In this document: piece after piece, positions 1 to 9,854 of the stretch | Layout of the letters: every line of letters begins with the position of its first letter | Numbering within the stretch: position 1 is the stretch's first letter | Assembly: GCA_000934665.2 (NCBI GenBank) | Contig: JYFJ02001846.1 | Location: forward strand, 48,244-68,243 | Source of the DNA: Catajapyx aquilonaris | Taxonomy: Eukaryota | Direction: 5' to 3' | Length of the DNA: 20,000 nucleotides | Notes under the pieces: model-generated | Seen by the model: only the letters and a program-made list of their open reading frames with translations | Told to the model about the DNA's origin: nothing | Database searches by the model: none | Program-made: the position numbers and the translations under genes

Positions 1-839
1 GGGGGGGGGGGGGGTGTCCATATCCCATTGTCACATGTGAATGCGGCAGCAATCAATTTGAACCTCACTTGACATTACTGTCAATCCCACTCCTGATGTC
101 TCTTTACGTTACCAGTGATTGTAATCCTGTCAAACCAATGAAGCTATTGATTCACTTGCACACTTCTGATTCATATGGATTGTTCTCACCATTATGCAGA
201 GAAATTGTGTTGCACTGAGGTTTCAAATGTAGTTAAATTTCCTCTCGCGGTCATGACGGCCTGCTGATGTTTGATAATTCAGTCATTATGGCGCAATAAT
301 ATTTAAAATAATTAACATGCTCTCTCTAACAGTGCATAAGTTTGATCTTGAAGATGCACGACGTATTAAAGCAAGAGACTGTATACTGATCGATGAAACA
401 CTTCAATTGTCTGGTGGTCATGGAGGATCACATTTTTTGCTGTGTGATTAGTGTTGGTGTGTTATTGACTTGGTTCAGACATTTTGTTGTCGTAGAATTT
501 TCACAATTTATTGACATTTTTTCCCTTCAATTATTATCATACGTGGATTCATTATTCTCATTGGTAGATTTTTTTTTTTTTTGTCCTGCCTGAGCCTGAA
601 AGCCACCAATATTTCGGGTGAATAATAATGCCTCCATGGTGTGCAGTTATCCCGATGTTTCTTTTCAGTGCATCACTTCGCTTAAGTATGAATCAGAGTG
701 ATTAGGTCATAACCTCGTGTAATGAATCCACAACTACTGTTTTCCACTAAAGCCACTGGTACAGGATGGATCAAGGGTTGGATAAAACCTAATGAACTAT
801 AGGTAGTGAGTTGATCCAGCTCTTTTTTGTCTGATAAGA

Positions 840-1500
840 ATCATAGCGTTTGTACACTGTCATGGTTGACCTTTATTTGGATGCAACCCAGGATGTATGG
901 CCATTGTGAAATGTTTTCCCCAGCTCAAGACAGGACGAGAGGGTACACTTGGCCATGTAAGTAAAAATATTTCTCTACAAGAAGTCCTGACTCACATTTG
1001 CCTAGTCTTCAGATGTTTAATAGTTCTTAATGCAACACAGATTACCTGCAATTGAATCTTTTGCCCTGTTACTCATAGAAAATTCCACAATGAATTTATT
1101 AATTTATATCCAGTGTTTAAAAAGTGCTTCACTACAGCAAAATTAATTAAATATTGCTGCAGTTGTTATTATGTGACAGCCTGTATGCGATCATTAGTTT
1201 TCAGCAAACATAACTTGCAGCCTATGCTGGCTACAAAATTTGCATTACATTGGAATACTTTGCTAAGAACATAGGCCTACTGTTCTCATTCATGTTATTT
1301 CGCACAGGAACACTTCTATAATAGATAAAGTGGACAAGGTTTCATAGAGTACGGCTGAAAACAGCAAGAGCACCTTTGTCCCCAGCAAAGAAAAAAAACA
1401 AAAAGCACAACACCAAGCGTACCGGTAATGTAAATATTACTCAAGACTCCGAAGATGCAGATGATGCTTTAATGGAGGCATCACTGGAACACACTGACTG
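840..1500 (+). pseudogene. Degenerate spliced relic of a CACTA/EnSpm accessory (ORF2, SAMD3-like) gene
   Basis: One exon reads ..MAIVKCFPQLKTGREGTLGH and ends at GTAAGT (~957). The exon after CACAG (~1308) reads EHFYNR*SGQGFIEY, then after a frameshift RLKTAR. This matches the 'IV..FP.L.D...GYEHFYD..SG.GYL..RLKT' pattern I associate with animal EnSpm second ORFs. It contains stops and frameshifts. Confidence 0.45.
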
Positions 1501-1518
1501 AAATGGTAGGTTATATAG

Positions 1519-1989
1519 CATGGTGCCAATAAGAAAGTTGGGTACTGGTTGTTGCAATCATTAATGGCATATAGACGGGGAGCAAAATCTGAAAAGGTGC
1601 CGAAGGTCCTTGGAAAGCAGTTGGGTGTAACTTTACACAAATGTGGTTTACTGCTCAAGACAGAGCTGCCTATTTTTGGAGCTTCTCCAGACGGAATTAC
1701 CAGCGAATTCATTGTAGAAGTGAAGTGTCCTTCCATTGAGGAAACATACAAGAGATACTTCACCAGCCAGGGGTCACCAACCCCAAATGTTTATGCACAA
1801 ATGCAACTTCAAATGCATATGGCAGGGAAGAAGAAGGGCGTGTTTTGTGTTGCAAATGCAGATTTTAAAACGTCAAAAAACATCACCCAAATCTTGGTGG
1901 ACTACGATGATGATCACGCAATGGTACTTATAACTAGTGCAACTTTGTTCTGGAAAACTTACATTTTTCCAATGATGATACAACCATAA
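1519..1989 (+). pseudogene. YqaJ/lambda-exonuclease-like PD-(D/E)XK nuclease, C-terminal part, of an ISL2EU-type transposon
   Basis: ORF 1549-1989 carries CGL..PIFGASPDG, IVEVKCP, YAQMQLQMH and a terminal FWK..IFP, which are YqaJ motifs. It is 5'-truncated and convergent with a DDE transposase fragment. Confidence 0.85.
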
Positions 1990-2073
1990 AATGTGCCTCC
2001 AACATTTCAAGTCAAGTTATATGTTGCGATATGTTATATGTTGGTGATCTAAGACTATTGCACCACTATTGCA

Positions 2074-2397
2074 CTACTTCACTAGGGGACCTTGCATATT
2101 GATGAGACCTCCTGCTATAGCCTATTCACAGCATGGCACCAAGTGACAGTCAATACAAGAATAGGGGACCAGCATGTTAACTCCCTGAAGCGCCTGACGA
2201 CTCTTTCAATATGGACTCGCAAGCTGGCAACCCGCCTGCACAACCTTGCTTCTGCCTTGCTCATCTTCTCCCCTGGTACTACACTTGGAGGACGAGCACG
2301 TGAACACCCCTTGGCATGTAACAGGCCCCCCACATGCTTGAATCCTCTGTCAGCCATAACAACTGATCCAGGGGTCAGACAATCCAAGTACCCACAA
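2074..2397 (-). pseudogene. ISL2EU (PIF/Harbinger-related, DDE_Tnp_4) transposase, C-terminal fragment
   Basis: Reads GYLDCLTPGSVVMADRGF..RPPSV..VASLRVHIERVVRRFRE. After a frameshift it continues NMLVPYSC..*AIAGGLINMQGPLVK*, with the stop at 2074-2076. Similarity is lost above ~2400. Confidence 0.85.
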
Positions 2398-2674
2398 ATT
2401 TGGTTGGCAGGTCGGTTCGCCCCGGGGCGACCTAACCGCCCTCCAAACCGAGCTCTGGACCGGACACTTACTCAAACGCACACGCAGGCATCAGGAATAG
2501 CTTACAACAACGAACAAATTTACGACCCTGCCGGGGCACATTCTATAACATCATTTTCGGGTTCATTTCACTTCGCGTGACGTCAACATTTTCGAGACAA
2601 ACAGTGACGTCACCATTTCCCTTCGAAAAAACCCTAATTACTCCGGAACTGAAACTGATTTCTTAAAACGGAAT

Positions 2675-2710
2675 CCTATCCTAACCTAACCTAACTAAAC
2701 CTAACCAACC
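2675..2710. repeat. Short degenerate (CCTAA)n array (arthropod telomere-type TTAGG motif)
   Basis: The sequence reads cctat cctaa cctaa cctaa ctaaa cctaa ccaacc. Confidence 0.75.
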
Positions 2711-3094
2711 ACCCGCCTTACAGAGTCATGCCTGCTCCTCACAGCTCTTGCACATTAGCTTGTTGAGGATCCCCCATCCCACCCGCAGAGCAGAGAAGCG
2801 GATCTCCGAGCTCGAGTCGGCGCCTTTTCCAGACCACCAGAGGCCTGTTAAGCAGCACCCCCCCCCGGATGGTTCCTGTTAAGACCTCCACTCCAGCCAC
2901 TTCCGTCCCTGAGAAGAAGCCAAGGAGGAGGGGCTGCCGGGCTGGTAAAAAATACAGGAAGAACCAGGCCGACAAAGATGCCAGCCAAGCCAGACGGGCG
3001 CAAGAACTTTTCCCCAAAGAGGCCCAAAGGGAGGTGTTCAACCGCCAATACAACAAGCGCCTTGCCATCAAGCAAGAAGCGGATGTTCGGCTCC

Positions 3095-3833
3095 AATACC
3101 AACTGTGCCGCGGCGGGGGAGAGCATCCAACAATTGCAAGAAGACTTACGGAATTGGCCCAGCCACGTTTTTGGCAACCACGCCAAATGCAGAGATTCAT
3201 ATTGCAAGAGGAAAGACTTGGGAGAGGAGAATTATGTACAGGAAGTGAAGAAGGCCGGGGTGTACCAAGAGGTCATGGCTCTGGTGAATTCCTTGGTGAG
3301 TAAAGCTGGTCGTCTGCTCCCCAACAACACCAGCAACAGCGCTGAGCACTTCATGAGTTTGGTTGCCAAGTACGTTGGAGAGAAGAGGATAAATTACAGG
3401 CGCAAAGGGGGATACACAAGAAGGTGCATGGGTGCAGGAATGGCCCTCTCAAGTGGACCATCTTGGCATTTGTCTCCTCTCCGGCGTGCGCTACAACGTA
3501 AGTCTCGGGGTCTTCACCAAACGCCTGATGCAGAGACGTGAGAAGAGGAGAGGTTCCACCGCCAAGTCCCGACGGAAGGTGCCATTTCTTCCCAGAGACA
3601 AAACCAAGACAGCAACGAGGCCACAAGAAACTCTGCGTGATTATGGCAAATCTGCTGCAGAGCCGGACTTTACACAAGAAGAAATGGAGATTGGCTGTCG
3701 GGCAAAACTGGTCGAGCTCCAAGTAAGTGAAGAAGATCAAGCAGACATCGAGAAATCAACACGGCTACAAAGTCAGTCCCACGTATGGGGCACTCACCGT
3801 CGTCCTCGCTTGACGGCGTCAAACTTCGGAGAG
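3095..3833 (+). pseudogene. Kolobok-type ('Mutator-like' Pfam) DDE transposase C-terminus running into the start of a YqaJ domain (KolobokE-like)
   Basis: Reads LQEDLRNWPSHVFGNHAKCRDSYC (H/C motif), then NTSNSAEHFMSLVAK..KRINY..GGYTRRC (catalytic E region). After a frameshift: DYGKSAAEPD..IEKSTRLQSQSHVW..RRPRLTASNFGE, the YqaJ N-terminal motif. Confidence 0.75.
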
Positions 3834-5314
3834 GGTCCAAATTGAAACTAATTATTGTCACTATTTTGTGTCGATATGTTCTTGTCAAAAAATATGGACT
3901 GAGTGTGATTCTTAAGCCACTGATAGAAGAGATCAAAGAATTGAAAGACACAGGTGTCAATATTTGTCTGGGAAGTGAAATTAGAACATTCAAGGGCACT
4001 GTGATTAGCATCCTTGCTGACAACCTCGGGCACATACTATTGGTGGTTATGTGGCAAATTTCAGCTCATCTTTAAGAGTGTGCAGATTTTGTATGATTAC
4101 CAATGAAGAAGCAAGGGTATGTGTAGATAATCAGGAATGACAACTTAGAGGCAGAGATTTATATGAGGAACATATGCAGTCGGTAGAGGATGATGAAACA
4201 TTGAGCAGTGTTTACGGATTAAAAAGTAGATCTGCTTTCAGCCAGCTGGCCCACGCTCACATTACTGAACTTCTTCCTCCAGATGTACTCCATGACCTCA
4301 TGGAAGGCGTTATCCCTGCAGTAGTAACTTTGATGTTAAAAGTGGGTCATGACAAAAAAATACTTACTCTACAAGTCGTGAACAACATATTTGAGTGCTT
4401 CCCTTTTAAAGGCACAGATGGACGATCCAGACCAAAACCCATGTTGAGTTATACTGCCTTCAGACAAACACGTAGTCAAGCTTGGTGCGTCATCAGATTC
4501 TTTCCCCTGCTCTTTGGTGAGTTTGTGCCACAACAAGAACCAATGTGGGAAGTGATACTTTCTCTTCATAATCTAGAAACTTACTGCATGGCTCCATGCC
4601 TCACTCCTGCAATGGCCAATAACCTAGCCGTAGTGATTCGGGAATTTCTGGAGAGGTACAAAGATATTTCTGGCTCTCGAATGACTCATAAATTTCACTA
4701 CTTGTTACATTACCCTTCAATTATTAAAAAAATCGGTCCAGTAGTCACATGTAGCACAATACGATATGAGGCAAAACATGGTGAACTTAAGGAATGGGCC
4801 CACAGGACAAAAAATAGGAAAAACATTTCACTGACACTTGCTAAACGTCACCAGAACCATCAGCAGTATTTGTGGGCATCAAAGTTGCTGCAATCAGTTG
4901 GGAGATATGAAAAGGATTTAAAAAAAGACTGTCAGCAATTTGAAACATGTATGTGTACAACAAAAGTTGCAGGAGTCTGGGTGCAGTAGGAATGATGAGA
5001 TAACAATTTGCTCTCATATTGATTTTTGTGGGACAGAGTATCGATGTGGCATGGTTGTCATTGCAAAGGTTACTGATTACGAACCGTAATTTCACTCGAT
5101 TCTTAACATCTACAGCATCAAGGAAGAAGTTGTCTTTTTGCTACATGAAAGGCAGGGCCATTATGACCGCCACTTTGCTGCTCATGTTTTGGAAGAAACG
5201 AATGCTCGCTCAGCAGTACATGTCAGTGAATTGAGGACTTTCTTGCCACTTAATGTGTACACAGTGAATGGAAAACAATGTGTCGTTCTAAAAGTAATGT
5301 ATCCAATCCATTAA
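3832..5314 (+). pseudogene. CACTA/EnSpm (CMC) transposase, C-terminal part
   Basis: Motifs in order: SKL..ILKPLIEEIKEL..ILADNLG; (frameshift) HTIGGYVANFS..VCRFC; PPDVLHDLMEG; KFHYLLHYP..IGP..IRYEAKH; and a tail GTEYRCGM..HYDRHFAAHV..PLNVY..VVLK..IH* ending in TAA at 5312-5314. Several stops and frameshifts are present. Confidence 0.85.
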
Positions 5315-5381
5315 CCCTTAACTAGTATCATGGGGTCTTTTTTGACCGCAAGCTTACGAGAATATTAACAGTGTCAAGTTA

Positions 5382-5963
5382 TATCCTGGAATGGACCTTA
5401 TCGGAGCTACCTTCATCGCTTCCATTTGGGAGGAGATCATGTGGGGGATGCATCAGAAGACAACGGAGATGGTGGGGATCACATAATAGATGATAACCAG
5501 AATGATTCTGATGATGCGCGGTGCCAGTGTGGAGACGGAGTTCAGACTGCAGCTCATATCATCTGGAGCTGCAATATCCCAGAAATAGCAGCTGCCCGGG
5601 GAGAGCTTCGCCGGACATCTGTTTCTAGAGGATTAGGATGGCCCTGTTCGAAGAGGGCTCTGGTGGAAGATTTGCTGCCTGAGTTCAATCGTTTCTCTCT
5701 GGCAGTGGACCGAAAATTGTCACCTCAATGCAGGAAGAGGCTGGAGTAAGCTACGGGAGGTGTCGTCTGATGCCAACCCAAAGAAGTAGAGGAAGAAGAG
5801 TACGCTATACGGGGTAGACCAGATCTAATCCAGAGAAGAAAGACACGCGAATAATTTTGAGTGTGCATAATGTGAATTGGAATATTGCTAATTTGACTAT
5901 TTATTGAATAAAGCATGGTGATGGGTGCAGGGCCTGTCTAGGCTAGTCACCTTAAACCTCTCG
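5382..5963 (+). mobile_element. 5'-truncated non-LTR retrotransposon 3' end (R1-like ORF2 CCHC zinc knuckle + 3'UTR)
   Basis: Reads NGPYRSYLHRFHL..CQCGDGVQTAAHIIWSC, with a stop at 5749 and AATAAA at 5907. It is flanked by a perfect 14-bp direct repeat ACAGTGTCAAGTTA (5368-5381 and 5964-5977). Confidence 0.8.
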
Positions 5964-6029
5964 ACAGTGTCAAGTTACTCATTAATTAAAAGCCAAATGC
6001 CTTTGTGTATACCTCAAACGTATCTTTGC

Positions 6030-6153
6030 CAAGGGGGTAACCACTCGACTGAAAAGTGTACACTGGAGTACCAAATTCAAGGAGTACCCCGGAGTATACC
6101 AAGGAGTACCACTCGCAGGTGTACACCGGAGTACCGAAGTGGTCACCCCCTTG
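6030..6153. mobile_element. 124-bp MITE with 16-bp TIRs and 8-bp TSD (hAT- or P-type)
   Basis: TIRs are CAAGGGGGTAACCACT and AGTGGTCACCCCCTTG (1 mismatch). The TSD ATCTTTGC lies at 6022-6029 and 6154-6161. Internal GGAGTA(CC) motifs occur at 6065, 6081, 6091, 6103 and 6128. Confidence 0.9.
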
Positions 6154-6409
6154 ATCTTTGCCTATGTGGTCTTTGAAAATGGAAAAATTTAAAAAAAAAT
6201 CTGGGCCATCAAAAAACAGCTGTAAGCACGGTGGGTGCATCAGGGGTCAATAAAGACCCCATGATACTAGTTACGTTTGAATTCCTCATTACTCTTGCAT
6301 TCATGTCTTCAAATGAGCATCTTCTAGTCTTTCATTCTTAAGATCATTGCATCTTCCTCTGTTCACTTTTGAATTTGCAACTTCAGATTGCCCATAACAG
6401 ATACCATGC

Positions 6410-6453
6410 CCACACCAAACCACACACCAACACCCACACACACACACACACCC
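6410..6453. repeat. (CA)n microsatellite
   Basis: A pure CA run lies at ~6434-6451 with a degenerate CA-rich flank. Confidence 0.9.
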
Positions 6454-6596
6454 ATGTGAATGACCTATAACGTCCATCTCAACACAGACAGGGTAGGTGA
6501 ACGTCTACTCTAAATTGTATGTGTATTGTTATTTCCTTGAAAAAATTGCCCAATTTAATTGCAAGAACTAATGTAGTTTACAATAATGTTTTCCAG

Positions 6597-7078
6597 CGAC
6601 TGCCATGTAACATGCGGGGCGAAAAAGAAAGTTATTCGCACTGCCACCCGAAACGTCAGGGACATCTCCCTATCAATTAAAAATGCCTTCTCGGTAAGTG
6701 AAATGCATGAATACATCATAATATAATCTGGACAGCCATTACTGGCTCCATTTGTGACATTGATTTGAAATAATTATATTCACATGATAATTATGTGCTC
6801 CTGTTATTGTACTACAGCTCGCATGTCTTCCTCAAGTACAAGTGTTTCATGAAAAGTATGGAGATTGGGTGGATGTAGAGGAAGGAGAGGAGGTTCCTCC
6901 TACAGCCAGGAAACTACTTGTAGTTGAAGACGAGTATGAATGAAGGGAATGTTATCATGATAATAATGCATGATAGTAAATACTTTTGCAATTCGACAAG
7001 GACACTATATGACATTCTCATCCATTTCAGGACATCAGAAAATGCAACAGTAATGGAGCCGGCATTTTCGGACACAAC
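6597..7078 (+). pseudogene. Spliced N-terminal exons of the EnSpm second gene
   Basis: Three phase-compatible GT-AG exons: 6597-6693 (DCHVTCGAKKKVIR..IKNAFS), 6818-6933 (LACLPQVQVFHEKYGDWVDVEEGEEVPPTARKLLVVED) and 7031-7078. The 'Q..D..(F/Y)G(E/D)WVDV..KL.V' pattern and the position just downstream of the transposase fit an EnSpm ORF2. Confidence 0.55.
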
Positions 7079-7099
7079 GTTAGTATATTTTATATAATG

Positions 7100-7282
7100 C
7101 TTTGTTGCAATTTTCAATTGAATTATTAACTAATTATATCTAACACGAAGCTGCTAGATGTATACTTGTACTTCCCAATACCAGGGCATAGTTTCATGCC
7201 AATTGATCGAGCATTCGCCAAGATTGAAAAATGCAGAAGGAAGAAAGACAATGCCACAGTACCATCCACATGGATTCAAACT
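7100..7282 (+). pseudogene. Sola1-like transposase catalytic fragment (not in the ORF track)
   Basis: The frame starting at 7142 reads NTKLLDVYLYFPIPGHSFMPIDRAFAKIEKCRRKKDNATVPSTWIQT, containing the FP..GHS..P.DR.F..IEK motif. Confidence 0.7.
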
Positions 7283-7605
7283 AGGGGTGCAATGGCAGAG
7301 TGGCTGTGTCTTCAATAATATAACATTACTCCAGGCTTTGAAAAGTGGGACACTAAACGTTCCCAGCAATCATCCCAATTACATGATCGGCGACGCTGCA
7401 TTCCCAATGAAGCCGTACCTTATGAAGCCATATGGTGGGGCAAACTGGCAGCTGTACGAGGAGGAGAAGATATTTAATTACAGGTTAATCACGGGCGAGA
7501 AATGTTGTCGAAAATGCGTTCGGCATACTGGCGGCACGCTGCCGAGTTCTGCTGACTTCCATCCGAACAAAGGTGGAGACAACATATCTCATTGTACAAG
7601 CATGC
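7283..7605 (+). pseudogene. Harbinger (HARBI1-like) DDE transposase fragment
   Basis: Reads GCNGRV, (frameshift) VFNN..IGDAAFPMKPYLMKPY..IFNYRL, (frameshift) SRARNVVENAFGILAARCRVL..IVQAC. Confidence 0.9.
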
Positions 7606-7850
7606 TGAAGGAGTTCCTCCAAATACTACAGCCTTCAGAAGGGAAAGTATTCAGTTCAGTGTACTTTCTTCACCAGAAATCTCATTGTCCTCAATGTCCC
7701 TGAAGTCTGCTACAAAGCTCATCCTATTGGTTTTGGAATTTTGCTTTTAAAGTGCTGGGGCACTGAGGAGTTGGCTTGAGAATCGGTCTAGTCAGTCAGT
7801 TTCGGTCGGGCTACAAGTGCGAAGTGTGGGAACGTGTCACGGTTGTAGCA

Positions 7851-8150
7851 ATGGCAGCGTCGAAAGAGGACACTTATAGATTTGTGGAGCTGTACCAGCT
7901 CCACACTTGCTTGTGGGCAGTGACCAGCGAGGATTACCGCAATAGGTTAAAGCGTGACGCCGCGGACCAGGCCATCGGAGAGAGCATACAGATGACAATA
8001 CCAGCGGTCAAGAAAAAAATCCAAAGCCTGAGGACAACATACTCCCAAGAGAGAAAGAAGCCAGCTGTCCATCTGGACCAGGGACGGAGGATGTGTATGA
8101 ACCTACCATCCAGTGGTACAATCTAATGGATTCATTTATCCGAATACAAA
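7851..8150 (+). pseudogene. MADF-domain DNA-binding gene fragment (Harbinger accessory type)
   Basis: From ATG 7851: FVELYQLHTCLWAVTSEDYRNRLKRD..VKKKIQSLRTTYSQERKK. After a frameshift: SGPGTEDVYEPTIQWYNLMDSFIR. Confidence 0.85.
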
Positions 8151-8169
8151 CAAGCCTCCAGGCCATCTA

Positions 8170-8793
8170 AAAAAGAATACAAGGAAAAAGTCCTTGACGT
8201 CAAAGGCGTAAAAATGCTAACCCAGAAGAAACTCTTTCAAGAGTTTGCAGTGAAAATATGTGAGAGGTTTTCTACCAGCTACACTTCGCAGCAGGTTGGC
8301 GTTGCTGAGACCAAGTGTGGAAGTAAACTTGAGTCCTTTTAGCTGACATAGGACTAATCAGATGTTACTGACTGCATCACTCAATCTCCTCTGTTGATAG
8401 CATGTTGCAACAATACATGATGATGACTAAGAGTTCTCCTTCTGTCACAGGTCCTGAATAAGTGGAAAATCATGGTGAGGGCCTACGAAAAGGCTGAAAA
8501 GCACAACTCACAGACTGGGAGGGACAGGGTGGAGTGCGAATTTGAACAGTGAGTAAGCTCATACATGCTAGACCAATACCACATTCCCAAGGATGCTGTA
8601 AATTCACCTGGCCACAATCATTAATAAGTATATTAACATTTAAATGGTCCTGTTGCAATGTTTGCCCAGTGGAAAATTTGGCAATGACGAAGGTGAGTTG
8701 CAGAATAATTGAACTTGTCATGACCTTTTAGGGAACTCCTGGCTAAGGAGCCCACAACAAGCCCTGTCCTCATGGGCCCAGGTCAAGTTGAAG
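8170..8793 (+). pseudogene. Spliced Myb/SANT-like (trihelix) DNA-binding gene fragment (not in the ORF track)
   Basis: Three phase-compatible exons: ~8170-8294 (KEYKEK..KKLFQEFAVKICERFSTSYTSQQ), 8451-8548 (VLNKWKIMVRAYEKAEKHNSQTGRDRVECEFE) and 8732-8793 (ELLAKEPTTSPV). Confidence 0.75.
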
Positions 8794-9338
8794 GTAGGGA
8801 TAAAAGGTTAGCAATGAGACAGTTCCTGCTCCACAACACTCCAACACTCCCAACACTCGTTCCTATAGGTCTTCTTTTGTTTGCTCCAAGTCCCTCCCGG
8901 CACAGGTTATGTACGTGCGTCAAAGGGCACTTGAAGCTAGCGAAAGTGGGCCCAAAGGAAAATGGGGATGAGTAGTTTTTCACTGGCATGGCAGAACACC
9001 GGTCTGATTGCTACATGACCATCTGCACTCGCTGTCTTTCATCAATCTCCACAGGCCACATGCTGCCTTGTGGCTGATGTGCAAATGTCGAGTGCATATA
9101 GGGGGTGTGGCTAATGAAGTAACGCACACTTGCTTACTAGGTATTGCAGCAATTTTGCAATACAGCTTTCAGATATCAGTTCAAATTACGCCTAATGTGC
9201 GCTAATGCTGTAGTGTAAATGTTTTGTGCAATGCAAGGGTTATGTTAGAACACACCATTAATGATAAATTTAATTACGGCCATAAGACATTGGAACTTAA
9301 TTTTTCAAACACCCACACTTGACCTTCGTCTCTTGCAG

Positions 9339-9854
9339 GTTGTGAGTGAGTCTCGTGAGCACCCAGTAAACGTGCTGATTGTAGAGGTATGAGGTTACAT
9401 TTCAATTACTTCCGTCAATGTTGAAACCTGTCTGAAGAACGTCAACCACCCTTAATTATTCTCATTGGATCAGTCACTTTAATAGTCCAGTGGTTTTAGC
9501 ACAGTGCAGATATTAAGTGGGCGAAAAATTAGTCGGCAGCTGGGTGGAAGTTATTTGTTCTGTTGGTGCAAATTTCAGGATTCGGACCATGAACTGGAGG
9601 TGCCTCATGTCCCAGATGTCACACCTCAAACATCCAAGACCCCTGATCCATGGACTGGGAGAAGGCGCCCAGCTAAACCATGTCAAGCCACAAAGCGGCA
9701 AGCAGCTTCCGCTTTTCTGCATCTGACATGGACTGACATGGACGAGCGGCTAATAAAAGAGGAGGAAGAGGTGTCAAGGCAGCGACGGGAGCTACATCAA
9801 ATGAAAATGGCAGTGCAAGCTAGAAAACTGAAATATTTCCGTAATAAAAAGTAG
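9339..9854 (+). pseudogene. Last two exons of a gene with a C-terminal coiled coil, resembling Harbinger Myb/SANT protein tails
   Basis: Phase-0 exons 9339-9386 and 9579-9854 end in ERLIKEEEEVSRQRRELHQMKMAVQARKLKYFRNKK*. AATAAA follows at ~9918. Confidence 0.45.

Larger units (their letters stand above)
5315..6277. mobile_element. Non-autonomous piggyBac-like element (MITE) carrying two nested insertions
   Basis: Left end is TTAA|CCCTTAACTAGTATCATGGGGTCTTTTTTGACC (5311-5347). Right end is GGTCAATAAAGACCCCATGATACTAGTTACGTT|TGAA (6245-6281). The inverted repeat core is 29 bp with 1 mismatch, and the flanks are TTAA and TGAA. Confidence 0.75.

Noticed and set aside
1..14. Poly-G run
   Set aside because: It is a simple homopolymer cut by the window edge.
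1549..1989. Phage or prophage recombinase (YqaJ)
   Set aside because: The context is eukaryotic and the gene is paired with an ISL2EU-type transposase. No other phage genes are present.
2675..2710. True telomere or TRAS/SART target array
   Set aside because: There are only about 6 degenerate units and no adjacent telomeric retroelement.
2739..3740. Minus-strand ORFs of 119-153 aa
   Set aside because: They are antisense shadows of + strand coding relics.
6052..6140. GGAGTACC repeats as a CRISPR-like array
   Set aside because: The repeats are only 6-8 bp with irregular spacing, and they lie inside a TIR/TSD-bounded MITE in eukaryotic DNA.
7158..7703. The 181-aa ORF as a real protein
   Set aside because: It is a composite: out-of-frame Sola sequence, an in-frame Harbinger piece, then an out-of-frame tail.
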